In this document: positions 48,520-58,391 of the stretch, piece after piece
How positions within the stretch are numbered: the stretch's first letter is position 1
Layout: every line of letters begins with the position of its first letter
Virus record (IMG/VR): IMGVR_UViG_3300043411_001246
Location: 7,458-71,457 of that record
Reading direction: 5' to 3' (one strand)
DNA: 64,000 nt
From: a virus
Program-made: the position numbers and the translations under genes
The notes under the pieces: generated by a model
Databases searched by the model: none
Seen by the model: only the letters and a program-made list of their open reading frames with translations
Told to the model about the DNA's origin: nothing

Positions 48520-49449
48520 CGGGCACACGCCGGGCGCATCGGTCGGCGCGCACGAGCCGGACAGTACGGCGGCCATGTAGCGGCGCATGGCGTCGGCCGC
48601 ACCGCTCACCAACCGCGCCTTGACGCTGGCCAGAATGGGCTCGGGCAACAGGGCGCAGTCGGTGTCGCAGGTCACGCACGCCCGGACCTTCTCGGCCGGG
48701 ATGGTGGGGCAGCCCACCACGGCCGGACCCGTGGGCAGGCACCCGACGGCGGCGCCCCACGAGTAGCCCGCCACGCTGGCCGGCATCTCCACGACCATGC
48801 CGCTGGACAGGTGGCAGCCCTGCGGGTCGAGGGCTTCGCCCGTCGGCTCCCCAATGGTCGCCTCGACGTGGGCCTTCACGCCCTTGTAATAAACGATGTC
48901 AGCGGTCAGCTTGTTGGCCAGAAACTTCATGCCGGTGAACGAGGTCAAGCAGTCCGCGTGCCGGTGGTAGGACAGCGGGCCGGCGAGCCGGACGCCGCAG
49001 GCATAGTCGTCGGCGCCGTCGCAGTAGGTGACCTCATACTCAAGCCCGAGGCTCTCTTCGTGGGTGCCCGGCACAACGGCATGGGTCAGCGCGGTGTCGT
49101 CGCAGGCGTCGCAGATGTGCGCCCCGCCGCCGCCCTCGCCACAGACCGGGACGCCGCCGCCCTCGCCCCCTTGCCCGGCCTGCCCACCCGGGCCGGCCCC
49201 GCCCTGACCCGCACCCCCGGCGAGCTGGCCACCCGCGCCAGCCACCCCGGCAGCGCCCGCCCCGCCGGACCCGGCCACCATGCCGCCGGCACCTGCGCCG
49301 CCTTGCCCAGCCCCACCCGAGGCCACCCCGCCTGACCCACCGCCACCGGCCGCAGCGGCCCCGCCCGCGCCCGCAACGGCTGGCGCCGGGCTCTCCCCGG
49401 GGTCGGAGCACGCGAGCAGAGCCAGGGGCAACAGGAGCCAGGGACGCAT
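48517..49449 (-). CDS. Cys-rich lipoprotein with Gly/Ala linker (moron)
   Basis: MRPWLLLPLALLAC lipobox; GAGG repeats; leaderless TATCCT-6-ATG. Confidence 0.8.
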   Translation of the reverse strand: MRPWLLLPLALLACSDPGESPAPAVAGAGGAAAAGGGGSGGVASGGAGQGGAGAGGMVAGSGGAGAAGVAGAGGQLAGGAGQGGAGPGGQAGQGGEGGGVPVCGEGGGGAHICDACDDTALTHAVVPGTHEESLGLEYEVTYCDGADDYACGVRLAGPLSYHRHADCLTSFTGMKFLANKLTADIVYYKGVKAHVEATIGEPTGEALDPQGCHLSSGMVVEMPASVAGYSWGAAVGCLPTGPAVVGCPTIPAEKVRACVTCDTDCALLPEPILASVKARLVSGAADAMRRYMAAVLSGSCAPTDAPGVCP

Positions 49450-49490
49450 GGGGACAGGATACGCCGGCCCAGCCCGGGTGCTACCCAGGG

Positions 49491-50225
49491 TCAAAGCGCC
49501 CACTCCTTGCCGCCCATGCACTTGACGTGGGTGAAGCCGATGGTTCGCAGGCTCTCCGCGGTCTCACCCTTGGACCACTGGCTACCCCAGACCATGCAAG
49601 AAACCGGGTCGTGAGAGGGGATAAGAACTTCGTCCTGGTCTCCCCAAGTCTTGCTCTGCCGGTTGAATGTCCTGGCGATGTTGCGGCGCCCGGCGCGCAG
49701 GGCCACCGCGGCGACGTGCTGCCGCCTCTCTCCCTCGGGCACGGCCATGGTGATGACTGTCACCTTGTCGAGCACCTTCCTGAACTCGGCGCCTGTCTGT
49801 AGCCCATCCGGTAGCGACTCGTAGGACTTCCACAGGTCGAGAATCTTGTCTTCCGGCTCGGGCTCTTTCACGACGGTCGCCGCGGGTCTTGGGTTGGCCT
49901 TGCTCATGTCGGCCGCGGTCACGATCTCGGCCGGCTTGGTAATGGAGTAGATGGCCACGGCAATCGCGCCGAGGCCGATGGCGACAACGGCAAGGGCTCC
50001 CGCTGCACCCGACGACTGCGGCGCCTTGGTCGGCTGCGGCGCCAGGCCAAGCACGGCCGCGCCAAACTCAGGCACCCTGGTCAGCGGGTACCACTCGTTT
50101 GATCCGGCCGCACATACCGTCGCGCCGGGCGGCACCTTGCCGGCCTGAATACCTCTCACGATCAGATCCGTGGACAGCGGGCCGATGGGCGCATCTGCGC
50201 CGGGTGCGTGAACGTACCATTCCAT
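49491..50225 (-). CDS. GYF_2 (DUF4339) domain membrane protein (moron)
   Basis: WYV..IGPLS..I..G..V..G.NEWYPL..VPEF, followed by one TM helix. Confidence 0.8.
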   Translation of the reverse strand: MEWYVHAPGADAPIGPLSTDLIVRGIQAGKVPPGATVCAAGSNEWYPLTRVPEFGAAVLGLAPQPTKAPQSSGAAGALAVVAIGLGAIAVAIYSITKPAEIVTAADMSKANPRPAATVVKEPEPEDKILDLWKSYESLPDGLQTGAEFRKVLDKVTVITMAVPEGERRQHVAAVALRAGRRNIARTFNRQSKTWGDQDEVLIPSHDPVSCMVWGSQWSKGETAESLRTIGFTHVKCMGGKEWAL

Positions 50226-50333
50226 CCGGCCATGCTCGCTCCATGACGCGCCGTGGCGCTAGCGCCCTGACCTCACCAGCGCCCTGCCACCGTGGGGCGT
50301 TGTCGTTTTGTCCTCCCGACCTGCCCGAGACCC

Positions 50334-51980
50334 ATGGCTATCACCTCGATTCGATTCACCCCGGAGACGCCGGGCCCCGGGCAGAGGGTGACGTGCATCC
50401 ACGTCGGCACCACCACCGGCAACGAGACGCGGTACTACCTGCTGTCCGCGCCGCCCTCGTCCGCGCTGGTCACGATGGCGACCTACGCCGACCTGGGCAA
50501 AACCCTGGCCGACACGCGCATCACCCTCGACGGCAGCGGCCACGGGGTCTTCACGCCGGACGTGCCGGGCGATTACGCCGTGGTGGCCCGGGACATCACG
50601 ACCTACCGCTTTCAGCCGCACTACCAGGGTGACGTGCCAGACGGCACCGACCCGATGGCGGCCGACAACGAAGAGGCAAGCTTCACCGTCCTCGGCGTGG
50701 TGACGCCGGCCGCCACCGACCAGCCCTCGTCCAGCGGCGTGACCCTGGCCGTCTGGCAGCAGGTGACCCGGACCATCGGCTTCGGGCCGGACACCGCGAG
50801 CCTCCAGATCAAGGCGGCCAACGCCTTCGTGTCGGACCCGGACTTCATCACCGATGCGACGCTGTTGAAGAACGGCAGCACCGCGCCGGCCAAACTCGCC
50901 ATCTACGATCCGCAGGTTCTACAGGTCCTCGACCTCATCCGGACCACGGGCAACTCCAGCAACCTGCCCACGAGTCAGGATCTGCTGGCATACCTCGTGG
51001 ACGGGTTCAACGAACACATCGCGCTCCAGTCGCACAAGGTCCACACCGCGGCCGACGTGACCAACACCCTGACCAGCACGGCCAGCGTGACCGGCACGGC
51101 GCCGAGCATCAAGACGCGCCTCGACGACATCGTTGCCAAGTACAACGCGCACCGCATCCTGACCGCCGGCTCGGTCCACGCCGCCGCCGACGTGACCAAC
51201 GTGATGACGGCCATGGCGTGTACCGACACCGACACGGCCATCGCCTACTTCGAGCACGTCTACGAGGAGCTTCTGTCCCACGCGACGGACACCGCGCCGC
51301 ACGATGTCAGCACGCCGAACGAGGTTGTCGACGGCTACTTCGGGTGGTTGGCCGAGCCGCCGACCACGCTGGCCGAGGTGGCGCAGGCCATCAACGGGAC
51401 CGCGGGCAGCCGGTGGGAAAACTACGGGCTCACCAGCCTGTACGAGCAGCACCGGCAGCGCGTGTTGGTCTACGCCCACGCCGGCACCGGCCTCGGCCCG
51501 GACGCGGTCAACGGCGTGCTCTACCTCGGCGGCAGCCTGACCAACCTGATCGTCACCGCCAACGCCCTGGCCGCGGCGCTGCGGCGCCACATCTCCAACC
51601 AGGACGCGGCCGGCGCCGACGCCGCCACGCCGTACCACTACACCGACGGCAACAAGTCGCGGCTGCCTCGCACCAGCGCCAGCGATATCCGCACGCTGGC
51701 CATCCTGATTGAAGAGCTGTGGATCTGCCTCGAATCGCACATGTGGTCAGCCGGGCCCCCGAGCGGCTACGTCACCGTGTCCACGGCGGGCGCCCGAGGT
51801 CAGCACGGTGACCGCGGGTGGGGTCGCATTGCCTTCCAGGGCACCTCGGACGGGGTGCGCCCGACGCAGTTGATCCGCCTGCAAAAGGCATTCGACCGGG
51901 CCCTGTCCCCCTCCGTCGATCCGCCCCTGGACGTGGGAATCCTCGCCGCGATTCTGATCCTCCGGTCCGGCTTCTCCTTA
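50334..51980 (+). CDS. fibre-like structural protein with His repeats; end placed at TTA 51978-51980 (standard code: 52172)
   Basis: Repeats FNEH..VHTAADVTN and YNAH..VHAAADVTN. Confidence 0.7.
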
Positions 51981-52054
51981 CCCGCCTCGTCTCCGTCTCC
52001 CCCTCGCCCGCGGCCCTGTCGCGCGGGTGCCCCTGCACGCCCTGAGGTTCCCCC

Positions 52055-53467
52055 ATGGCTTCGGCCCTGTTCAAGCTCTCTTCCAACGGCGGCTCGTCCT
52101 ACCTCGCGGCCGGCACCGCCATGGCCGACGCCGATGCGCTGGCCTACGTGTCCAGCGGCACCTATTCGATGAAGGCCGCCCTCGACTCGACGGCCGGCGT
52201 CGGGTCGGTGACGTGGTCGATCACCAGCGCCGACGATACCCACGTCGACAGCCTGCCGACGGTCACCCCCAACAGCGGCGACAAGACCTGCACGTTCTCG
52301 GTCCCCAAGACGGGCGGGGCGTGGCTGCTGCAATGCCGCGTGAACGGCGGCGTCAACCAGGCGACCGGCGAGACGGACACCGCGCTGGTCAAGGCGCTTG
52401 CGGTCAAGGTGCTGAACTCGGCGGGTCAGCAAGAGGTGGCCGTCGGTGAGGTTGACGAGGCCGGGACGCACGGGTGGACCAAGGCGTTCAACGACGTGGC
52501 GCGCGCCGTCGGCGGCGGTGGCGCCCCGACCGGCGCGGCCGGCGGCGACCTCGGCAGCACCTACCCGAACCCCACGGTGGTCAAGCTGCGAGGGCTCGCC
52601 CTCGACGCCTCCCTGGCCAGCCTCACCAACCCCGGGGAAATGCTCACGTTTGACGGCGCCAAGTGGGTCTCCACCGGGGCCGCCACCAACCCGACGCAGC
52701 TCATGTTCTGGCGCGACTCGGCCGGGTACGCGTCCTGGGGTGACCCGTCGTTCGAGACCGGCGTGGACGCCTCGGCCTACTGGGGCCAGACGACGGGCGG
52801 CGGCTTTGCCCTGTCGGCCGCGTCCTACTCGGTCGCCGGGTCCGGGGCGCTGGCGATGGCGTCGGCGCAGCTCACCGCCCACACCGTGCGCCTGACCGGC
52901 GCGCTGACCGGCAACCGGGTCTGCACCCTGCCGGCGGGCACCGGGCAGGAGCACCTGTTCATCAACGCCACCACGGGCACCTACACCCTCCAGATCGCCG
53001 GGCCCTCGGGTGGATCCTGCTACCTGGCACCCGGGCAGAGCAAGCGCCTCTCGGTCGATGACGCCGGGGTGCTGCGCGGCGAGGGGCTGCGGGTCTGGGA
53101 GTACGAGACCACGATCACCAACGTCCGCGGGTCGGCCGGCTCGGACGACACCACCCTGTGCGCGGTCCCGCTCGGGCTGCGGCTGTCCTGCACCCCGCGG
53201 GTCTATCAGGTGGTGGGGGCGACCATCGGCGGCGGCGCCCCGACGATCACCATCGGCACCAGCACAGGCGGCACGGACGTGATGGACACGACCGGCGCCG
53301 ACGGGTCTTCCGATGTCATCATCGCACCGACGGCCGGCAGCGGCATCGACGCCGACGGCGGCTACCCGATGGCGGCGGCGGCCACCCTGTCGCTGCGCAA
53401 CACGACGCCCGGGACCGTGACCGTGGGGACCATGCGGATCATCATCGTCGGGCTGGTGCTGGCGTGA
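52055..53467 (+). CDS. tail fibre protein
   Basis: [16 protein letters not shown] and [18 protein letters not shown] fibre motifs. Confidence 0.8.
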   Translation: MASALFKLSSNGGSSYLAAGTAMADADALAYVSSGTYSMKAALDSTAGVGSVTWSITSADDTHVDSLPTVTPNSGDKTCTFSVPKTGGAWLLQCRVNGGVNQATGETDTALVKALAVKVLNSAGQQEVAVGEVDEAGTHGWTKAFNDVARAVGGGGAPTGAAGGDLGSTYPNPTVVKLRGLALDASLASLTNPGEMLTFDGAKWVSTGAATNPTQLMFWRDSAGYASWGDPSFETGVDASAYWGQTTGGGFALSAASYSVAGSGALAMASAQLTAHTVRLTGALTGNRVCTLPAGTGQEHLFINATTGTYTLQIAGPSGGSCYLAPGQSKRLSVDDAGVLRGEGLRVWEYETTITNVRGSAGSDDTTLCAVPLGLRLSCTPRVYQVVGATIGGGAPTITIGTSTGGTDVMDTTGADGSSDVIIAPTAGSGIDADGGYPMAAAATLSLRNTTPGTVTVGTMRIIIVGLVLA

Positions 53468-54234
53468 GCGCGGGGTTGCTCGCCGCGATGCCGTGGCGGC
53501 GCCCGTCGTCCGCGCCTCCCCCGGTGCCGCCGGGTAGCCTGTCGGCGCGCTGGCAGTTCAACGACATCGGCGCCCTGTGGACCAACACCGCGCGCACCAC
53601 GCCGGTCAGCGCCGACGGCGACGAGATCAAAGGGGTCACCGACGCCAGCGGCAACGGTCACCACCTGCAACTGACCACCCTGAGCGGCCCGCTCTACAAG
53701 ACCAACCTGGGCCCGGGTGGCGCGCTGGGCGGTGCGCACTTCGTCACCACGACGCGGGAGCGCACGTTGCAGACGGTCGACAAGATCAGCAACGGCACCG
53801 CCACCACGTACTACTTCATCGGCAAGATCGTCGCCGGCAACGACACGGTGTTTCTCGGCCGCACCACGCTGCTCGGCGGGGCGGCGACCGAGTACGCCTT
53901 CTACCACCCGACGCCACAGGCGGACGCGCTGGTGGCCCGCGGCATCTCGTCCGCTGGCGTCGCCGGGCAGTTCCCGACGGCTTACGGCGTGTTCTGCCTG
54001 GTGGTCAACGGCACGTCCGTCACCTCGTACCTGGACAACGTTCTGAAAAAGACCGGCTCGTGCAGCAGCGCGGCGCTCAATGCCTACCTGATGCTCAACA
54101 CCTACGTCTCCAACTCGCTCGTCATCTCGGGCGAGCTGGAGGTGCTGGAAGTGCTTGTTTACGACGTGGCCCACACGACCGAGCGGGCCGACGTGCAGAC
54201 CTACGCCGCATCCGTCTACGGCACCCCGGCCTGA
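53464..54234 (+). CDS. LamG / ConA-like fibre protein
   Basis: [21 protein letters not shown]; [14 protein letters not shown]. Confidence 0.7.
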   Translation: MSAGLLAAMPWRRPSSAPPPVPPGSLSARWQFNDIGALWTNTARTTPVSADGDEIKGVTDASGNGHHLQLTTLSGPLYKTNLGPGGALGGAHFVTTTRERTLQTVDKISNGTATTYYFIGKIVAGNDTVFLGRTTLLGGAATEYAFYHPTPQADALVARGISSAGVAGQFPTAYGVFCLVVNGTSVTSYLDNVLKKTGSCSSAALNAYLMLNTYVSNSLVISGELEVLEVLVYDVAHTTERADVQTYAASVYGTPA

Positions 54235-54278
54235 CCTTACCGCCGCGCGCCCCTGCCGCGGCCCCTGTGGAGAGCGAT

Positions 54279-55046
54279 ATGCCTCGAATCGGAATCGGCC
54301 TCGGCCTGGGTGTCGGCGGCCGGCGTGTGTGGACCCCGGCCCGCCTGGCCTCGCTGGCCCTGCAACTTCAGCCAACGGGCAGCGTGTTCACCGACGCCGC
54401 GCGCACCACGCCCGCCACCTCCGGTGACCCGGTGGGCGGGTGGGCCGACCGCAGCACCGCGGTCCATCACCTCAGCCAGGGCACCAGCGCACGGCGGCCC
54501 ATCTACTACTCGTCCGGCCTCGGCGGCGGGGCACGGCCGCGCGTGTTCTTTGACGGCACCGACGACGGGTTGCTGATGTCGGGCTGGGGCCTCGGCTCGG
54601 GGGCGCAGACCATCGCGCTCGAATTTGTCAGGCGCAGCAATGTTCCGACCGCCCAGCGGCTCTTTTCGGTGAGGCAGGCCGGGCCGATCTTCAGCGCGAT
54701 CAGCCTCGTCAACTACGGCGGCTACAACGAGATCACCGTGCTGTGCGGCTCGGCCGGCGGCACCAGCGTCGGATGCAACCCGACCTTGGGCACCACGAGG
54801 CACACGCTGGTGGTCTGCTACAACGGGTCGGGGTCCACGACCCCGGCCAATTACGTCATCTACGTCGATGGCGTCTCACAGTCCGTCGTGGCCGGCGGGG
54901 CCTTCCCGGACAGCGCCGTCATGGGCGCGCTTGGCTCCTACTCGGACGCCAGCGTGCCGTCATTTGTCGACGTGGGGAGGGTCGCGGCATGGTCCGCGGA
55001 CCATCGCGCGTCGCGTCTCCTGATCGAGGGGTGGCTCAATGCCTAG
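54279..55046 (+). CDS. LamG / ConA-like head-spike fibre candidate
   Basis: N-terminal MPRIGIGLGLG; DAARTTPATSGDPVGGWADRS; FDGTDD. Confidence 0.7.
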   Translation: MPRIGIGLGLGVGGRRVWTPARLASLALQLQPTGSVFTDAARTTPATSGDPVGGWADRSTAVHHLSQGTSARRPIYYSSGLGGGARPRVFFDGTDDGLLMSGWGLGSGAQTIALEFVRRSNVPTAQRLFSVRQAGPIFSAISLVNYGGYNEITVLCGSAGGTSVGCNPTLGTTRHTLVVCYNGSGSTTPANYVIYVDGVSQSVVAGGAFPDSAVMGALGSYSDASVPSFVDVGRVAAWSADHRASRLLIEGWLNA

Positions 55047-55440
55047 TGCGTATGGTTTCATCTTGGCGGTCGTCGCCGCTGAGGCCCGCGAGACGGTTGA
55101 GGCAGCGCTCAACGCGCTTCTGCAACCGCTTCACCCGGGGTTGCAATTTGTCGGTACGTTCGTCCTCGGTCTGTCCGCGGACGGCAGCGCGCCGGCCACG
55201 CACTTCGGGGCCTCGTCGGTGATCCTGGACGAGGATCTGCCCGCCCTGCTTGCGGCAGCGCCTGCGTTCGGGTCGGCGCTTCAGGTGTGGCTGGGCAGCA
55301 AGCCGGACCACGACCCGCCGGGCGCCATCATCATCACCGACCCAGAGCAGAGCACCGGAGACCCGCTCGAGCGCTGGGCCGACCTGGACACGGCGGCGGC
55401 CAGCGCGGGGCTGGTGCGCGTCGTGATCTCGCCGTTCTGA
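55039..55440 (+). CDS. hypothetical protein (fibre-associated)
   Basis: LSADGSAPATHF motif; follows the fibre gene. Confidence 0.6.
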   Translation: MPSAYGFILAVVAAEARETVEAALNALLQPLHPGLQFVGTFVLGLSADGSAPATHFGASSVILDEDLPALLAAAPAFGSALQVWLGSKPDHDPPGAIIITDPEQSTGDPLERWADLDTAAASAGLVRVVISPF

Positions 55441-55445
55441 CCGCC

Positions 55446-56060
55446 ATGGACGCCGACCTCCCCACCCTCACCCCGAGCGAGACCATGACCGACGACCTAC
55501 CGCCCGATTCTCCCTCGCCCAACTCGATCATGGGTGGCGACGAGTCCACCCCGGTGCGGGAGTTCGACCGGAAGATGACCGCGCCGCGCACCCATGACGG
55601 CCGGATGCGGGTGATGACGGAGCACCTGCGCGCCCTGACCGAGCAGCAGATCCGCACCCGCAACGAGGTCGGCATGGAACTGCGCCGACAGGCCGGATTG
55701 TTCAGCAACTTCGTCCACGAGAGCGTCGGCTTCGCGGTGGAAAACGGCAAGCGCCACGACCACAACGACGCCGCGATCAAGGCCCTCACCGCGTCGGTCG
55801 GCGCCCTGGCCGAGCAGAACGGGCAGATTGCGCGCGAGCTGGCCAGCGTCCGCACCGAGGCCGCCGCCGAGCGCACCGCCCGCGTGCAGCAGGACAGCGT
55901 GCATGAGGCCGAGATCACGGGCGTCCAGCGCGCCATGACCGCCACCGCCTCCGAGGTCGCCATCGTCCGTGCCAAGGCCGTCGGCGCCAAGGGGCTCGGC
56001 TGGGCGCTCGGTCTCGGCGCCATCGAAGCCCTCAAGTACCTCCTCTCCCACCTCGGGTGA
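55446..56060 (+). CDS. coiled-coil protein with C-terminal TM (lysis region)
   Basis: Heptads followed by GLGWALGLGAIEALKYL. Confidence 0.6.
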   Translation: MDADLPTLTPSETMTDDLPPDSPSPNSIMGGDESTPVREFDRKMTAPRTHDGRMRVMTEHLRALTEQQIRTRNEVGMELRRQAGLFSNFVHESVGFAVENGKRHDHNDAAIKALTASVGALAEQNGQIARELASVRTEAAAERTARVQQDSVHEAEITGVQRAMTATASEVAIVRAKAVGAKGLGWALGLGAIEALKYLLSHLG

Positions 56061-56064
56061 CCCC

Positions 56065-56439
56065 ATGGACGACCTCTCGCTGATCCTGACCCTGGCCGAG
56101 CGCCACCCCTACCTCGCCGCGGGTGCCGCCCTCGCCGTGGCCCTGTGCGCCGCCGTGGTGGCGCTGGCGCAGGTGTACCCGGGCGAGGACTGGTGCCGCG
56201 CCCACCCGCGCCTCTTTGCGGTGCTGCGGCTCTGCCGGGCCGTGGCGCCGTGGTTGCTGAAGGCGGCCGACCGGCTGCGCGAGGCCCGCAGTACACCGCT
56301 CGCGCAGGCCGCCATCGCGCGGGCGTTCGACAAGGCCGCGCCGACGCCGCCCGCGGTGGACCGCCCGACCGAGCCGCCGACCGGGCCGGACACCGACCCG
56401 AGCCCGCCCAGCCTCGGCGGCAACGCGCGCCGGGTCTGA
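56065..56439 (+). CDS. holin-like membrane protein (putative)
   Basis: Hydrophobic N-terminal helices, small size, start of the lysis region. Confidence 0.45.
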   Translation: MDDLSLILTLAERHPYLAAGAALAVALCAAVVALAQVYPGEDWCRAHPRLFAVLRLCRAVAPWLLKAADRLREARSTPLAQAAIARAFDKAAPTPPAVDRPTEPPTGPDTDPSPPSLGGNARRV

Positions 56440-56472
56440 CCCCTCTCCCGCGTGGCGCATCCTCGCACCATG
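56436..56472 (+). promoter_or_regulatory. GACCCCTC leaderless promoter element
   Basis: CTGACC-16-CATCCT-6-ATG(56470). Confidence 0.75.
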
Positions 56473-57226
56473 AACCTGACCGCGCCCTTCCCCTACTTCG
56501 GCGGCAAGCGCCGCATTGCCGCCGAGGTCTGGGCTGCACTTGGCGACGTACGCACCTACGTCGAGCCGTTTGCCGGGTCGGCGGCGGTGCTGCTGGCGAG
56601 GCCCATGGACCACGCCCGGCGGTGCGAGACCATCAACGACGCCGACGGGTTCGTCTGCAACTTCTGGCGCGCGGTAGCCGCCGATCCTGCCGGGGTCGAG
56701 CGCGAGTGCGATTGGCCCGTCAACGAACTCGACCTCCACGCCCGCCACGCCTGGCTGATCGGGCAGCGCGAGGACATCACCGAGAAGCTACGCGCTGACC
56801 CGGCCTTTTGCGATGTCCGCGCCGCGGGCTGGTGGGTGTGGGGCATAAGCCTCTGGATTGGCACCGGGTGGTGCGAGTCATCCTCTCAGCAACTGCCGCA
56901 CCTTGGCAACGAGGGCCGCGGCGTACATCGCCCGTCTAGAAAGTTGCCAAGGCTCTGTGACGAAGGATGCGGCGTGCATCGCCCCGACGCAGGCCGAGGA
57001 ACCGCCTTTGGCGAGTCATTCTCAGGCAGCAACCGTGAGTGGCTGGTTGCCCTGTGTGACCGTCTACGCCGCGTGCGCGTGACGTGCGGCAACTGGGACC
57101 GCGTCATGGGAGACAGCGTTTTGAACCCGCTCAGGTCCAACGAGCCAATCGGGATCTTTTTTGATCCGCCCTATGCCGAGGGGAACGGTCGCTACGCCGT
57201 CGATTCGCGCTCCGTCTCGGCCGCCG
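56470..57226 (+). pseudogene. Dam-like (alpha-class) DNA adenine methyltransferase, C-terminally truncated
   Basis: PFPYFGGK, YVEPFAGS, ETIND, FFDPPY; coherent sequence ends about 15 codons after DPPY with no stop. Confidence 0.7.
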
Positions 57227-57347
57227 CTTCCTCGGCGCGGAGCAGGACGCCACCCACTACGCCACAGCGTGCGAACGCCTCGCCGCCGAGGAGCGAGGGC
57301 AGACGCTCGCGCAAGCCCGCACCGGGCAGTTGCCCCTTCTTGGCTGA
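57219..57347 (+). pseudogene. C-terminal remnant of a beta-class N4/N6 methyltransferase
   Basis: Alternate frame reads GRRFLGAEQDATHYATACERL...QLPLLG-stop. Confidence 0.65.
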
Positions 57348-57366
57348 ACCCCACCCGGAGCCCACC

Positions 57367-57711
57367 ATGCGCCGTCTCCTCGCCCTCGTCCTCGTCGCCT
57401 GCCACCCGTCCACCCCGGAGCCCTCGGCCGTGACCGAGGCTCGCGTGCTGGTGGCCGCTGCCGGGCCCGTGCTCGCGTCCGCGCGCCCGGCCTGCGCGGC
57501 GCTACCTCCCGACCGGGTGGAGGCGTGTGGGGCCGCCGTGGACGCCCTGGCGGCGGTCGTGGCGACGATGGGGCCGCTGCTCGACCCGTGCCCCGGCGAC
57601 CCGGCCGACGAGGAACGGCAGGCGTGCGAGGTCGAGCGGGTAGACCGCGTGCGCGCCACCCTGCCCGAGCTGCGCCAGCGGGTGACCGCGGCGGCTGCGG
57701 TGGTGCGGTGA
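57367..57711 (+). CDS. lipoprotein (possible spanin component)
   Basis: MRRLLALVLVAC lipobox in the lysis region. Confidence 0.65.
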   Translation: MRRLLALVLVACHPSTPEPSAVTEARVLVAAAGPVLASARPACAALPPDRVEACGAAVDALAAVVATMGPLLDPCPGDPADEERQACEVERVDRVRATLPELRQRVTAAAAVVR

Positions 57712-57744
57712 CCCCTCTCCCGCGTCAGGCAGGATGGTGGCATG
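57708..57744 (+). promoter_or_regulatory. GACCCCTC leaderless promoter element
   Basis: GTGACC-16-CAGGAT-6-ATG(57742). Confidence 0.75.
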
Positions 57745-58230
57745 GCATCACTCAACCCGTGCATCTTCCACGTCAGCGCAGAGCGCCGGCTTTGCCTGCC
57801 CGCCGAGATCGTCTTCCGGCTCGACGCTCACGCACAGCGCGCGCCGGACGCCGCCGAGTCCGGCGGGCTCCTATTCGGGCGCCTGAGCGACGACAACACC
57901 TGCCTGACTCTCTGCGATCTGACCGAGCCATTCCCCGGCGACGTGCGCAACGCGCGTGGTTTTGACCGGGAAGACCCCGGACACCAGGCAACGGCAACGC
58001 GCCTCTGGCAAGAGAGCGACGGCGAAGTGGCTTGCTGGGGCGACTGGCACACACACGCCGAACCTCACCCGGAGCCGTCCGCGCTCGACCTGGAATCGTG
58101 GCGCGCCGACGCGAAGTCGCTGGGTGACCGATTCGCCGCCATCGTCGGCACCGAGACCATCGGCGTCTGGGAGGTCACCCGGACCGGCGATGTGCGCGCA
58201 CTGGCCAACCTCAGCGCCGGCCTGCCATGA
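57742..58230 (+). CDS. JAB/MPN (Mov34) metallo-isopeptidase, CBASS Cap3-like
   Basis: ESGGLLFG..HQ..W.ESDG..GDWHTHAE..PSALD (E..HxH..S..D JAMM motif). Confidence 0.85.
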   Translation: MASLNPCIFHVSAERRLCLPAEIVFRLDAHAQRAPDAAESGGLLFGRLSDDNTCLTLCDLTEPFPGDVRNARGFDREDPGHQATATRLWQESDGEVACWGDWHTHAEPHPEPSALDLESWRADAKSLGDRFAAIVGTETIGVWEVTRTGDVRALANLSAGLP

Positions 58231-58391
58231 GCAAGGGCACCCGCGACGGGCTCGCCCTCGTCGGCATGGTGGCCCTGGTCTACGTCCTGACCGTCGGCGC
58301 CGTGCTGTGGCTGCTGTCCATGTGCGGCGAGGGCGGCGAGACCGATGGACCCGTGGACCACGCACGCAAGCATGTCGAGGCGACCCGATGA
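58227..58391 (+). CDS. small TM protein
   Basis: ATGA overlap; LALVGMVALVYVLTVGAVLWLL. Confidence 0.5.
   Translation: MSKGTRDGLALVGMVALVYVLTVGAVLWLLSMCGEGGETDGPVDHARKHVEATR

Noticed and set aside
52055-55046. Diversity-generating retroelement or invertible fibre cassette
   Set aside because: No reverse transcriptase, invertase or TR/VR pair was seen; the two LamG genes are diverged paralogs.
56452-57711. MTase-lipoprotein fusion protein
   Set aside because: Better explained by a deletion scar; the lipoprotein has its own ATG (57367) and signal peptide.
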